From contig CM114271.1 in NCBI GenBank assembly GCA_050084515.1, forward strand, positions 33,480,001 through 33,544,000: DNA of 64,000 nucleotides, read 5' to 3'. The DNA comes from Blasia pusilla (taxonomy: Eukaryota). The notes beneath the pieces were generated by a model, which was given only the letters and a program-made list of their open reading frames with translations, was not told the origin of the DNA and did no database searches. This document shows positions 22,808-34,700 of the stretch, one piece after another (position 1 is the first letter of the stretch; the number at the start of each line of letters is the position of its first letter). Both the position numbers and the translations under genes were made by a program.

Positions 22808-25508
22808 AAACTCCTTGATACCTCACACCACTCCGTGTCACTCCATTATCACTTCTCGTACTACCGCGTTCTTCCGAACCCTGAAAGAACACCGTGATGA
22901 TTACCCTCTCTCACCCGCTCAAGCACTCTGACTCACCAAGAGTCTCCCACACTCCTCACTAGCTCACCTACGCTTATGCTAATCCCGTTATAATACACCC
23001 GGCCTCACGCACACTCAACACTCGGACTCACCATAAGCCTCCCACTAACTCACATAAACTATTGACACTCTCGAGTCATACACGCGACCCGTACTTGGCA
23101 ACCCACATATATACACCAACATGCTACACATGAAAGGAGTCTACACTCATCACCATCGCTACACCCATCTACCACTAGCAACTACCCAAGACCCAACACT
23201 CTTAGTCACACAAGATAAGTGCAGGAAAAGGGACTCAAATGGATAACCTAAACATGCCCGCCAACCTATGGCAACATCAACACTCACTCCTCCATGTGGT
23301 GCGGCAACCTATGCGGCACGGCACTCTCCTCGACCAACACGTCAAACCTCCCGTCAATAGATGCAGACTACCCATCGACATCAACACCAATGTCTCCACC
23401 ACTAATCCTCCATCACCAACTGTCGGCACGAATCACAATCTCACCCCAATCAAGGCTAAAAGTATCACATCCCTATATCCTGAGTCGTGGAACACCTCCC
23501 ACTCCCAACTCTGAAAACTCCAACACACACCCGCTCAACCATGTACATTTTTGACCAATTACCTGCTCAACCACGCTGATCCCAACCTCATAACCATAGC
23601 CCTATTAAGTTCGCCCTTCCAACTCCGTAACCAGCTTCATCGGGGCCTATGGTGACTCGACCCGACAACTTACCTACGCAGCAGCCTCCCTTCTTAGGTC
23701 CACGCTAGCCCAACTTTATGGATCATCCGAAGCCTTTCCTTCTCCTCCCGGCATGCCTCCCTATGAGGGTGCGACGTAGTCCAACTCACTCCCGTGCGCC
23801 TGACTTCACATCCACGACTCCAATTCAGCCCCGCACAACTCTCTCCTTCCCCAACTTCCGCCTTGACCTTATGAGTTCACATGGCTCGATAGACAGACCT
23901 CTTTGGTCTACGTCAAGGTCGGGGGAGTTTTTTCGTGACAACCGGTACATTTCCGGTCTCTACAAACCCGAGCGGCAATTTTTGAAGTTTTCTTCATTCC
24001 AGCTGGCTAAACAGGTACGAATGCAAAGGACACCCTCTCTGAACCTCCGGTTTTTGGCCGGTAAATGACGACGTGAATGGAAATTCTCAAATTCTTCCGG
24101 CCAGCTCAACACGTAACCCCGGTTCTCCCCGGACATTGATCTACGTCGTACTCAATGTGGGCACGCCGCCCTATGCGACGCGTCTCCCCTCTCTGCCAGC
24201 CCCATTTCCTTGGAGCCATAATGGCTCCTCCCGTACCTCCTTTGTTCCTAGAGCTCCGGGCTCCTTCCTTCCTCCGAATCTGGCCAAGCCCTCCCTCGCT
24301 TACCGCTCTCTCTAACATGCCCATCCTTGTACATACCTCAATGCACGCCTTCCTATGTGGAGGTCTCTCGTCCTCCTATTCCTCAGTTGTGCGTGGCTCC
24401 CTTGCCCGCCAGCTGATTCCGTTGCACGCAGCCTTGCTCCATAGCTGCCGTGCATGCAACCCTGACCTTAACCCCCGAAATATTTCATTACTTCTCCCGG
24501 TGTCTATCAGCATTGGTCCGCATCCCTATGCGAGACTCTACATCTCCTTGCGTGAACCCACGGCCCGCGTCCTTGCCCAACCGCTTAGACCTAAACCTCC
24601 CACATAAACTGCACAACCTAAATCTAGCCGACCTAGCCTCCTTTAACCTAGATGCCTTTACTTGATAGCCCCTCAAAGGCTACAAGCCCTCAATTGTGCT
24701 TCCCTCTCAACACTCTTGCTATGCGTCATTGTATCAACGCTCCAACACTTTGCGCTACACCCGAGTGCTCTTGCCCGACCCCCACTTTGCTGTTGTTCCT
24801 CGGCACCCGCACTAGCAAGATCTGAGAAAAACAAACAGCGCTTCCACGCCCAATATCCCAAACAAAAGAATTTTGAAAATATAAACGCCAACCCGCGTCT
24901 CCAGGGGCTAACGACCGAGGCAAATCGCTTGCCTACCTGCAAACAAGGAATTCCCACCTGGCCCTTCACATCTTTCTCTAAGCCTATTCCACCTCTAAAC
25001 TTGTTTATTGAGGGGGAGAATTTGACTATAAACCAACAGACATTGCCTAGTGCAAGATTAAGAGAGATCCTAGATTCTTTAGTTAAATCTATCAATCCAT
25101 GGTCAGGAGGAGTAGATATTAAGTTTATTGATACTAGTTATAACTCAAGTAAGATGTTAGAGCCATCCACTTCTAAATAGTGACTTTGTAGATCAAATAA
25201 AGTCACACATCTTGTTCATAGAATCATAAATAAGGGATTCCTTGTAATGCATCATGTATATATGATGACTTCCCTTCAAGAACAAGAACCAAGTTTTTTT
25301 AAGAAGCTACATGTAAGGTAAAATATATTGAAGCATTGGAGGAAGAGCTTAGTGCATTAAGACATCTACAGACTTGGGAATTGGTTGATATATATTCCGA
25401 TAAGGAAGCCATTGATTGTAGATGGATTTACAAAGTCAAGCGCAATCAACAAGGAAAAATGAATAAATACAAACCTAGATTAGTAGCCAAGGACTATGCT
25501 CAATTATA

Positions 25509-28500
25509 TGTTGTGCGCATACACATTGTTACACAACATACATCGTTGTCACCCAACACACACACAACCACGCACGATCCCATGCTAACTCATAGCATCC
25601 AAACAACGAGACAAAAAGTACTAAAATATCTCCAAGAAAGTAAGATCCAATCTCTCTCTACACCATCTCACACCATAGCTCTCAAAGGTGTGCACTCTCT
25701 CTCATGTCAAACCAAACCCACTCTCCTAATGAGAGGCTTGGGTTACACTCACAAGGCAAGGGACCATAGCTCCGCCGCCTCATGCCAAGAGGTTCAACAA
25801 AGAGAGAATGAGCTCTCAAGCTCTCTCTCCTTGAGGTATACCCCTCCCCTCACCCAAGCTCTCTCCATGGTAACCAATTCTCCCGAGTCACCTCCTTGAC
25901 TCTTGATCCAATGTAGGAGGTCAAGGGCCACTTACCAAAAATACAAAGTCGATCATATACTCAAAATGGTACTTACCTAAAATAGTGAGTTCCTCAATAT
26001 GGCTCCAAATGAGCCGAAACGAAGGGGAAACCTGCTCTCTCATGTTTCCCGAGGCCTCAGCAGATCATCCTCGACCTAATGAGCGTGTCAGCCACTACTC
26101 ACGAAGGCGCTCTACTAGATCTCACTGATCTATCCTAAAAGACGTGATAGTTGTCGTGCGCATACACATCGCTACACAACATACATCATTATCACCGAAC
26201 ACACACACAAACACGAACGATCCCATGCTCACTCATGGCATCCAAACAACGAGACAAGAAGTACTAAAATATCTCCACTTTCCCCCTTAGCTCGTGGTTA
26301 GGTCCCTCTAACTCTGTAGGATCCGATCCCGCTCTCTAGCATCTACGGTGCTCGCAACGTTGCCAGTACAAAGGTACTCCAAAACTACTCCATCATCATC
26401 AATATCTCGGCCACTTGTTATCTCCTCACTCGCCTCGGGATCCAAGGACTCTCCACTAGACCTCGCCATCAAAGTCTCCACACTCTGGCTCTCCATAGCC
26501 AACATGCCTAAATAGGCTGACACGTGCCATCTTGGCACCGACTCCTCATCACTCTCTCCATGCCATCGAGCTCCAGTCGCGTCTCATTGACTCGGGCATG
26601 GGTTACGACTCAACCCATCTGCATCCTGGTTGAGCGTCCCACTTCTATGTACCATCTGAAAATCATACTCGTGCAACAACAGAGCCCATCTCGCAAGCTT
26701 CTCTGTAAGCTTGTCGGACTCCATCAACCACTACAGTGGTTGATGATCAGCAATGATGGTTAAGGGATTGCCAAATAAGTAACACCTAAAATGTGCGACA
26801 GCCCACACCGCAGCCAAGCACTCACCCTCATACGAGCTATACTTCGCCTCTGCAACATTGTTTGAGCGGCTAGCGTAAGCCACCACGAACTCTCTACCCT
26901 CATCATCATGTTGGGTGAGCACCGCTCCAAGCCCCAACATGCTCCAATCTGTGTGCAACTCGAAAGGACGCCCCCTGATGGGTCTCCTCAAGGTGGGCGC
27001 GGATGTCAACTTGTCCTTGAGCAATTGAAATGCTCGCTCATGCTCATCCCCCAGTGCCACTCGTGATCCACCTTGGTCAGCAAGGTCAGTGGCTTTGCAA
27101 TCAAACTGAATCCCTCGACGTACCGCCGATAGAAGTTCGCCAATCCCATGAATGCGCAAACACGACTCATATCTATAGGGCGTGGAATGCGTGAGATGGC
27201 CTCTACCTTCATCTATTGAATACTAAGGCCCCCTGGGTATATCGTATGACCCAAGTACTCAATTTGGTTGTAGAAGAACTTGCACTTGCCTAGATGTAGC
27301 TTCAACCCATGTAATTGCAATCGTTGAAACACCTCCTCTAGATGTTGCACATGCTCCTCAGCCGTGGCGCTAAAGACTACGATGTCATCAATATAATACC
27401 TAGCAAAATCCAGACCAGCCAAGATCTTATCCATGATCCTCTGAAACTCAACCCGGGCGTTCTTTAACCCAAATGGTAAGAACCGCCATTGGTACAAACA
27501 ACCCTTTCCGTGAGGATCAATGCCCCAAAATACCGTCTTCTGCCTGTCCTCCAGTCTGATAGGCAGCTGATGGTATCCGGCTCGCGAATCCAATGAATTG
27601 AAAACCTTTGCATGACCAATTGCATCAAAGATCTCCTTTAGGGATGGGCATGGCATACCTATCGGACTTCGTCTGCCGATTGATAGGTCGGTAATCCCTA
27701 CACATCCGCCCGTCCGTCCAGTTGCCATGCACATCCATCTTGGCGGGCATGACAGTGGCAAATGCATACTCCCCATGCGACATCTCCACTAGTCCTACTC
27801 CGACCCAGTCCTGGCTCCTACTCTAAATCATAGCCCTCTCCATATCACTATACCTGTAGGGTTGTCGGAAGATCGGCGTATCACTCGACAACTCAATGCG
27901 GATCCACGGTCCCTTCACCGTACCCAAATCCTCCATACTAAAGGCAAAGCAGCTCCTATAACTCCTCAGGAACTGATGTATCCGGCGCCGCTCTCCTCTT
28001 GTCAACTTAGGGCCCATATCTGGCTCCCAAGTCTCCATCGTGACTACAATAGGACTCTTCGGCGCGTATATCCGTGGTTGCTATGGTGCAACCCCGTCTC
28101 GAACATCAACACTCGACCGCTCTCTTGCAACCAACCGCAAACTCTGATCTCCTCCACCTGCAGTGCCTGGAACCACGCTCGATGTTGTGGCTATCATCTC
28201 CTGGCGTACCTACAAAACATCCCAAGAAGTCCAAGGGTGTCTCTCTCGATCTCCCATGGTGTGGCGATCTCCTCGGGTCTCGCCCCCAGCCACTGCCTCC
28301 ACCGTCTCGGTAGGAATGGGGCTCACCAACGCAACTGCTGTGATCTATCGCGATCTCATACAACGCTGCTTAGCCACTCCCAAGCTGAAGATCCATGTGA
28401 AGCAGTTCAGGTCCATCGCCTGACCCAAGACATGGCATCGTGAAGCCTCTGATAATGACGGTACTCCCGTCACTCATGTGGGAAATCCCATCGCCCGCTC

Positions 28501-30845
28501 TCTCTCGTCGTCATTCGGCTCCACCAACCTCTGAACCTGGTCATCCCAAACCAAGCCAGGATCGGCCTCCTTGTATCCATAGGAAGCGGGAAAACTCACA
28601 AACGTGGGAAAGGCTACCCGCGGCTTGCCTACCCTGTTGACCATAGTCAAGTTTGGTCAATCATCGTTCCTCATTGCTTGTGAGCGATGACCTAGATCTA
28701 GAATGGAATCCACTAACAAATGGGAGGGGCGCTCCACTCTCGCAAACGCCCTCCGTAACACCGCATGGGGCACCAAGTTGGTCCTGCATAGACGCGGGCG
28801 ATTGGCTCTAGAACCTACACTCGCCACATCCAAGAACACTGCTGGGCCGATCTAGGCACGCACCTGATGATCACTCGTCACCACCCGTGACCTGGAGTCT
28901 CCTAAGATCGGCACATTCTCTAGAATGTAGGGTGGAGAACCATAGTGGTGCTCCTGCAACCGCCGTAAGACGCTCAACATCTCCCAAAACAACCTGGACC
29001 AAGTGTTAGCCAAGCCACTACCTTGTCCAACACTCGATTGGCCCTAACATGGCCAACCAGCAATGACCAAATCAATGGTGCCTAACCGGTCTAAGTCCTG
29101 CACCCCCAACAACGAAATATCCCTCGGTAGGGAACTCTGGTACCCCTGTACCGCGCACGCAGAAAATAAGTCAGGAAAACGTAGGCGTAACTTTGCCACA
29201 TGTCGTAGTGAGACACACCTCGCAACATCATCACTCTCCATATACAAATACTGCTGCACTCGCAATCCGCTCCACAATGACAATGCGGCTCCGCGATCGA
29301 GACGGTGCGGTGCGGCCACAAGCGGCACGGCGCGGAAATCGGTGGTGCGTTATGGCTACAGGCGTCACCGCACGATACTTGATCATTGTCGAGCGGCTAC
29401 CAATCACAACATAGCAACATGAAATCAAAACTCAAACACCATAACCGGAGGTCATCTACCATCACTGGTTGATGACGAAACTGCGATGACGGTGGTGGCC
29501 AAACCAAAGTACGTGGTGGTGGCACAAGTCGGAGAATCAATGGTGGTCGTGGAAGACCCTCCACTTCGTAATGGCGGCAATGGCAACCAAAGGGTGGACA
29601 ATGGCGAATGCAGCTCTGAGCAACGTTGTGCAACGACAACGGCCGACTGTGGCGGTGGTCGGTGGACCGTTGATGGTGATGGTTGACCGTTGATGGTGAC
29701 GATGAACCGTTGATGGTGACGGTTGACAGTTGACCGGTGATGGTGACTATGACGACGACGGCCGCCGCCGACGTGGCGGCTGGTTTAGGGTTTGAACAAT
29801 TTAACCCTAAAAATTGCCTAGCAATGGCAATTTTGCAAGATTGACCATAACTTTTTACTCGCAACTCCAAATTGTATACCGTTTGTTGCACAATGTTCAC
29901 AACTTCACGATCTACAATAAAGTTAAAAAATATTTGGAATTGGACATTCCAGTAAAAACTGACAAGGACTCTTATAAATCCCAATGTCTCTTTCTACTAC
30001 ACAAAATTTGGCAGCGCTTCCGCGCTAATTTCTCCCAACCAAAATGTAAAACCTGTAAAAATACAAATCAGCAAGCTACATGGTGCTCTTGAGAGCACCG
30101 GCATGGGGCAACCCGCCCCCATGATCAATCCCTATCAAAATTGGACAGCGCTTCCGCGGGCCATTCTTCCACACGAAAAATCAGCAAATGCAAAGAACAA
30201 TCAAAGCAACCCTTGCTCCGGTGAGCACTCCCATGAGCCGTTGAACAAGAAACACGGTCCCCAACCTGCAGAAACAACAAGTGACTAGCGAGCTCCCCCA
30301 TGAAGCTCTCTCACTCTCTCATTCTCTCTTTCTAAAGTAAGATCCAATCTCTCTCTACACCATCTCACACCATAGCTCTCAAAGGTGTGCATTCTCTCTC
30401 GTGTCAAACCAAACCCACTCTCCTAATGAGAGGCTTGGGTTACACTCACAAGGCAAGGGACCATAGCTCGCCGCCTCATGCCAAGAGGTTCAACAAAGAG
30501 AGAATGAGCTCTCAAGCTCTCTCTCCTTGAGGTATACCCCTCCCCTCACCCAAGCTCTCTCCATGGTAACTTATTCTCCCAAGTCACCTCCTTGATTCTT
30601 GACCCAATGTAGGAGGTCAAGGGCCACTTACCAAAAATATAAATTCGATCATATACTCAAAATGGTACTTACCTAAAATAGTGAGTTCCTCAATATGGCT
30701 CCAAATGAGCCGAAACGAAGGGGAAACCTGCTCTCTCATGTTTCCCGAGGCCTCAGCAGGTCATCCTCGACCTAATGAGCATGTCCGCCACTACTCACCA
30801 AGGCGCTCTACTACATCTCACCGATCTATTCTAAAAGACGTGACA
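25509..30845 (-). mobile_element. Element 2: internally deleted copy of the element 1 family with intact TG...CA ends and 4-bp TSD (TATA)
   Basis: A1 30334-30845 (starts TGTCACG); leader ~29270-30330; deletion removes gag, protease and DNMT motif I; DNMT remainder ~28390-29265; RT-RNase H ~26600-28040; deletion removes integrase and PHD at ~26315; PPT ~26279-26288; B1 26152-26277; A2 25637-26149; B2 25509-25634 (ends GCACAACA). TATA at 25505-25508 and 30846-30849. Confidence 0.93.
28390..29265 (-). pseudogene. Element 2 DNMT domain (motifs II-X), decayed
   Basis: YLYMESD, RDISLLG, DLVIAGWPC*G, YILENVP, RPRLCRTN, ERERAMGF, LGQAMDLN. Confidence 0.87.
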
Positions 30846-31773
30846 TATATTGCATCTATTATGATGAGATTTTTAGTTGTGTTGCAAAGATGATAATTAC
30901 GAGAATAGTGGTTATAGTTGCAGTGAGTAAGAAGTGGAGACTAGATCATATGGACGCCAATAATTCCTTCTTGAATGGAGATCTGCTTGAGGAGGTATAT
31001 ATGGCTCAACCGCCTAGATATAAGCAATGAGAATTTCCATTCTGCGTATGCAAGTTAAAGAAAGCTCTATATGGGCTCAAGGAAGCTCCAAGAGTTTGGT
31101 ATAACAAAATTATATAGTCCTACAAGAGTTTGGCTTTAGGATTTGTGATTATGATTCCTTTTTATATATCTTGATAGGATAAGGCCATACGATTATCATT
31201 ATGTTTTTTTTATTTAGGACCTCTTGATTATAGGGAGTAACAAGGATATGATATATCAAGTCAAACTAAAGTTACAAGAAAAAATTGATATGAAGGATTT
31301 AAGAGAACTCAATTACCTCCTTGGTGTTGAATTTATTAAGGTTGGAGAGAGCATAAGGTTATTAAAATGAAAATATGCTCATCACATGCTTTCAAAATAT
31401 GGTATGATTACTTGTAAGCCAATCTCTACACCGTTGGACCAGAGTGCAACGCTAAGAGTGGATGAAGGAGAGTTGCTTGCAAGCACATGGTTGGAAGTTT
31501 GATCTATCTGACTATAACTAGGCTAGACTTGAGTTAGACATTTGGCCTAGTGAGCCACTTCATGGAAGCATCTCGAAAATCTCACCTTCATGTTATTAGG
31601 AGGATAGTACGTTATGTGGAATTCCTTGTTTAGTCTGTGCTTCAATTTGAATCTTCTCCGAATTTACAATTACACGGATTCATAGATGTTGATTAGGCAA
31701 GAAGCGTTTATGATAGACACTCTACATCTAGTTATTACTTTACCTTGGGAAGTGAGTTGGGCTTTAAAAAACC

Positions 31774-34700
31774 AACATAGAGCGAGAGTATCCACAAACA
31801 CAAGTGTACCACAACTCGCCCTCCTAACTGGCAGTTAGGTCCCTCTAACTCCCAGGTAGTCCTATACATCTACTACATGCTATACACCTTTTTGGGTGCC
31901 CGAATCAGAAGGCCGGGTGCTAGGTTGCCCCATCGTTAGTCGCACATCTGTAATCCATATCATCGTATATGTTGTATGGACGTATGGATGTTGTTCCTAC
32001 TGGAAGGTGGGTTTGTCCATGATACGTGGAGTCAAACACATCATGTGCCAACCCCTAGAACACCGATCACACACCAACATACGGGCTGCGTTACCAGCAG
32101 ACCCACACAACATGCACCTCAAGCTAGCACGTATCATGGCTAAGCTTGGGTCAACAGTACCATCCACATTTGGAAGATGACATGGCGCACAATTACAACT
32201 CCATCACGACCCTCCAACATGAGAACTCCAGAAGCTAACATCTCGCGCACTCGTAAAATAGTGCGGCCTGCCGTCACATCCAACGTTGTCGGTGCAATCT
32301 GCTGCAAATAGACATAGTCCCCCACATGGAACCTACGAATCGATGGTCGATAACCTCCACCCCAAATGGTTGCATACCGCAAAGTATCCCTATGTTGAGC
32401 AATGGCAAGATTCTCAAAGGATGTTGGCATAACTCTCCGAAAGAGCTCTGCCCGCTGAGAACACATTCTCATCCACATCTCTAGGTCATCAAGTTTCACC
32501 ACCTCACTAGACTCCCGACCAATTGCTGCTGGCAAGTCTGGATCTCGGCCGTATAACAGAAAATAAGGTGAGAAGGAAGCCAAGGATGCTTGGCGACTGA
32601 ACCTATACCCCATGGCTAACCATGGCAATCGAATATCCGGTCTCCAAGATGCCCCTTCTGAGGCTATACTTGCGCAATGCCCTCTTCACTGTCTGAACCA
32701 CACGCTCAGCCAAACCATCCGCCTCTGGATGATCTCGAGACGTGGTCCGATGATCAATCAACGCCTTGTCACACAAGACCTGAAACTCACCCTGAAACTC
32801 TGTACCCTGGTCGGTCAACACTTCAGCTGATGCACCAAAATGACTAAGCACTCTATCAAGAAACGCATACGCCGTTCTCTCACTTGCCTTGTCCGGTAAT
32901 GCCGCCAACTCAATCCACTTGGAGAAGTGCTCCACCATCACCAACACATATTGATGATGTCGTACAGTCAACGGTAACGGTCCTGCAAAGTCCACACTCC
33001 AACGATAACCCAACCCCATAATAGGCAAGGGGTGTAATTGTGGTGTAGGGGCATTGAATGATGCCCTCATCCGGTCACAAACCATACAACGTGACACCAA
33101 TTGCTGCACCTGAGTATGCATGCCACGCCACCAATTCTGGCCAAGGAGTAAGCTATACGTACGCTTTATCCCAAAATGTCCCAACTCCTCATGGGCATGT
33201 CGCACAATGCGCTCTCTCTGAGCCAAATGTGGCACTACTTGTACTCTACCATCCTCCCACACGCGGAGAATATGTGTTCCCTCCAATCGATACCTCTTAG
33301 CACGTTGAAGAACACGGTCTCGCTCCTTGGCACTCACTATGCCTGGCACCCTACTGGTCCGTAGGAACTCCAACACCAACGCATCATCATGAATATCACG
33401 CTTATCTGTACCACCATCTCCAACCTTAGGATCTAAAGGCTGGCCATCTACCCTCTGACTAGAGTAAGATATCATGTGATCCTCCATACTAGAGTCCACC
33501 CCTAACCAACATAAAAAGGCGGATGCATGCCAACCTGGCACCATCTCCTCATCAACCTCGTCGTGCCATCTAGCCCCGATTGTATCCTCTTGGCTAGTAC
33601 ATGGGTTCCTACTCAACCCATCAAGCATCAAGGTTGGCAACTCCAGGTCTATGTACCACCCGGAAGTCATACTCTGTAAGATAAGCGCCCACCATGCAAG
33701 CTTCCTGTAAGCTTGTCGACTCCATCAACCACTTGAGCGGCTAGTGATCGAGTAACAAGGGTAAACGTGTGCCAAACAAGTAACATCTAAAGTGTGCCAC
33801 ACCCCACACTCTTGCCAAGCACTCTCCCTCATATGAATTATAGCGCGACTCCGCTGCATTATTCGAACGACTTGCATAGGCCACCACAAACTCCATGTGC
33901 TCATCATCATGTTATGTCAACACCGCTCCAAGTCCTAACCTACTCCAATCAGTGTGTAACTGAAATGGGCGCCCTCTGATAGGTCTCCTCAAGATAGGCG
34001 CCGCCACCAACTGGGCCTTAAGCTCCACAAAAGCTCTCTCCTGATCATCTCCCCAATGCCACTCTTGATCTGATTTCAGAAATTGGTTCAAAGGCTTTGC
34101 CATAGCACTAAATCCCTTCACATACCTCCGATAGTAGTTCGCCAATCCCATGAATGCTCGAACTCTACTCACATCTACCGGACGCGGAATAAGTGCAATA
34201 GCCTCCACCTTTGCTTGCTGAACTCCCAAACCACCTAGATAGATCACATGACCCAAGTACTCAACATCCTCATGGAAGAACTTACACTTTCCTAGATGCA
34301 AACGTAGACTATGAGCTTTCAACCGCTCAAACACCATCTGCAAATGTATATGATGCTCCTCCACCGTGTTACTGAACACCAAGATATCATCAATGTAACA
34401 CCAAACAAAATCCAACCCTACTAGGATCCTGTCCATCACTCTCTGAAACTTGGCAGGTGCATTCTTCAACCCAAAGGGCAAGAATTTCCACTCGTACAAA
34501 CAATCCTTGCCATGAGAGTTGACACCCCAAAATGATGTCTTGGCCTTGTCACTCTCCCAAATCGGCAATTGATGGTATCCTGCCCGAAGATCCAAAGTAT
34601 TGAAAATCTTTGCTTGTCTCACCACATCAAAGATCTCCTCAGGTGTAGGCATGGCATACCTATCGGCCTTGGTTTGCCGATTGATAGGACGGTAATCTTC

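Larger units (their letters stand above)
25260..31755 (+). mobile_element. Decayed Ty1/Copia reverse transcriptase region, interrupted by element 2
   Basis: EEELSAL...TWELV...CRWIYKVK...RLVAKDYAQ (25336-25508) continues after element 2 as LYCIYYDEIFSCVAKM...MDANNSFLNGDLLEEVYMAQP...KLKKALYGLKEAPRVW, later MKDL, LIYLTITRLDL, DRHSTS..FTLGS (to ~31755). Confidence 0.9.
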
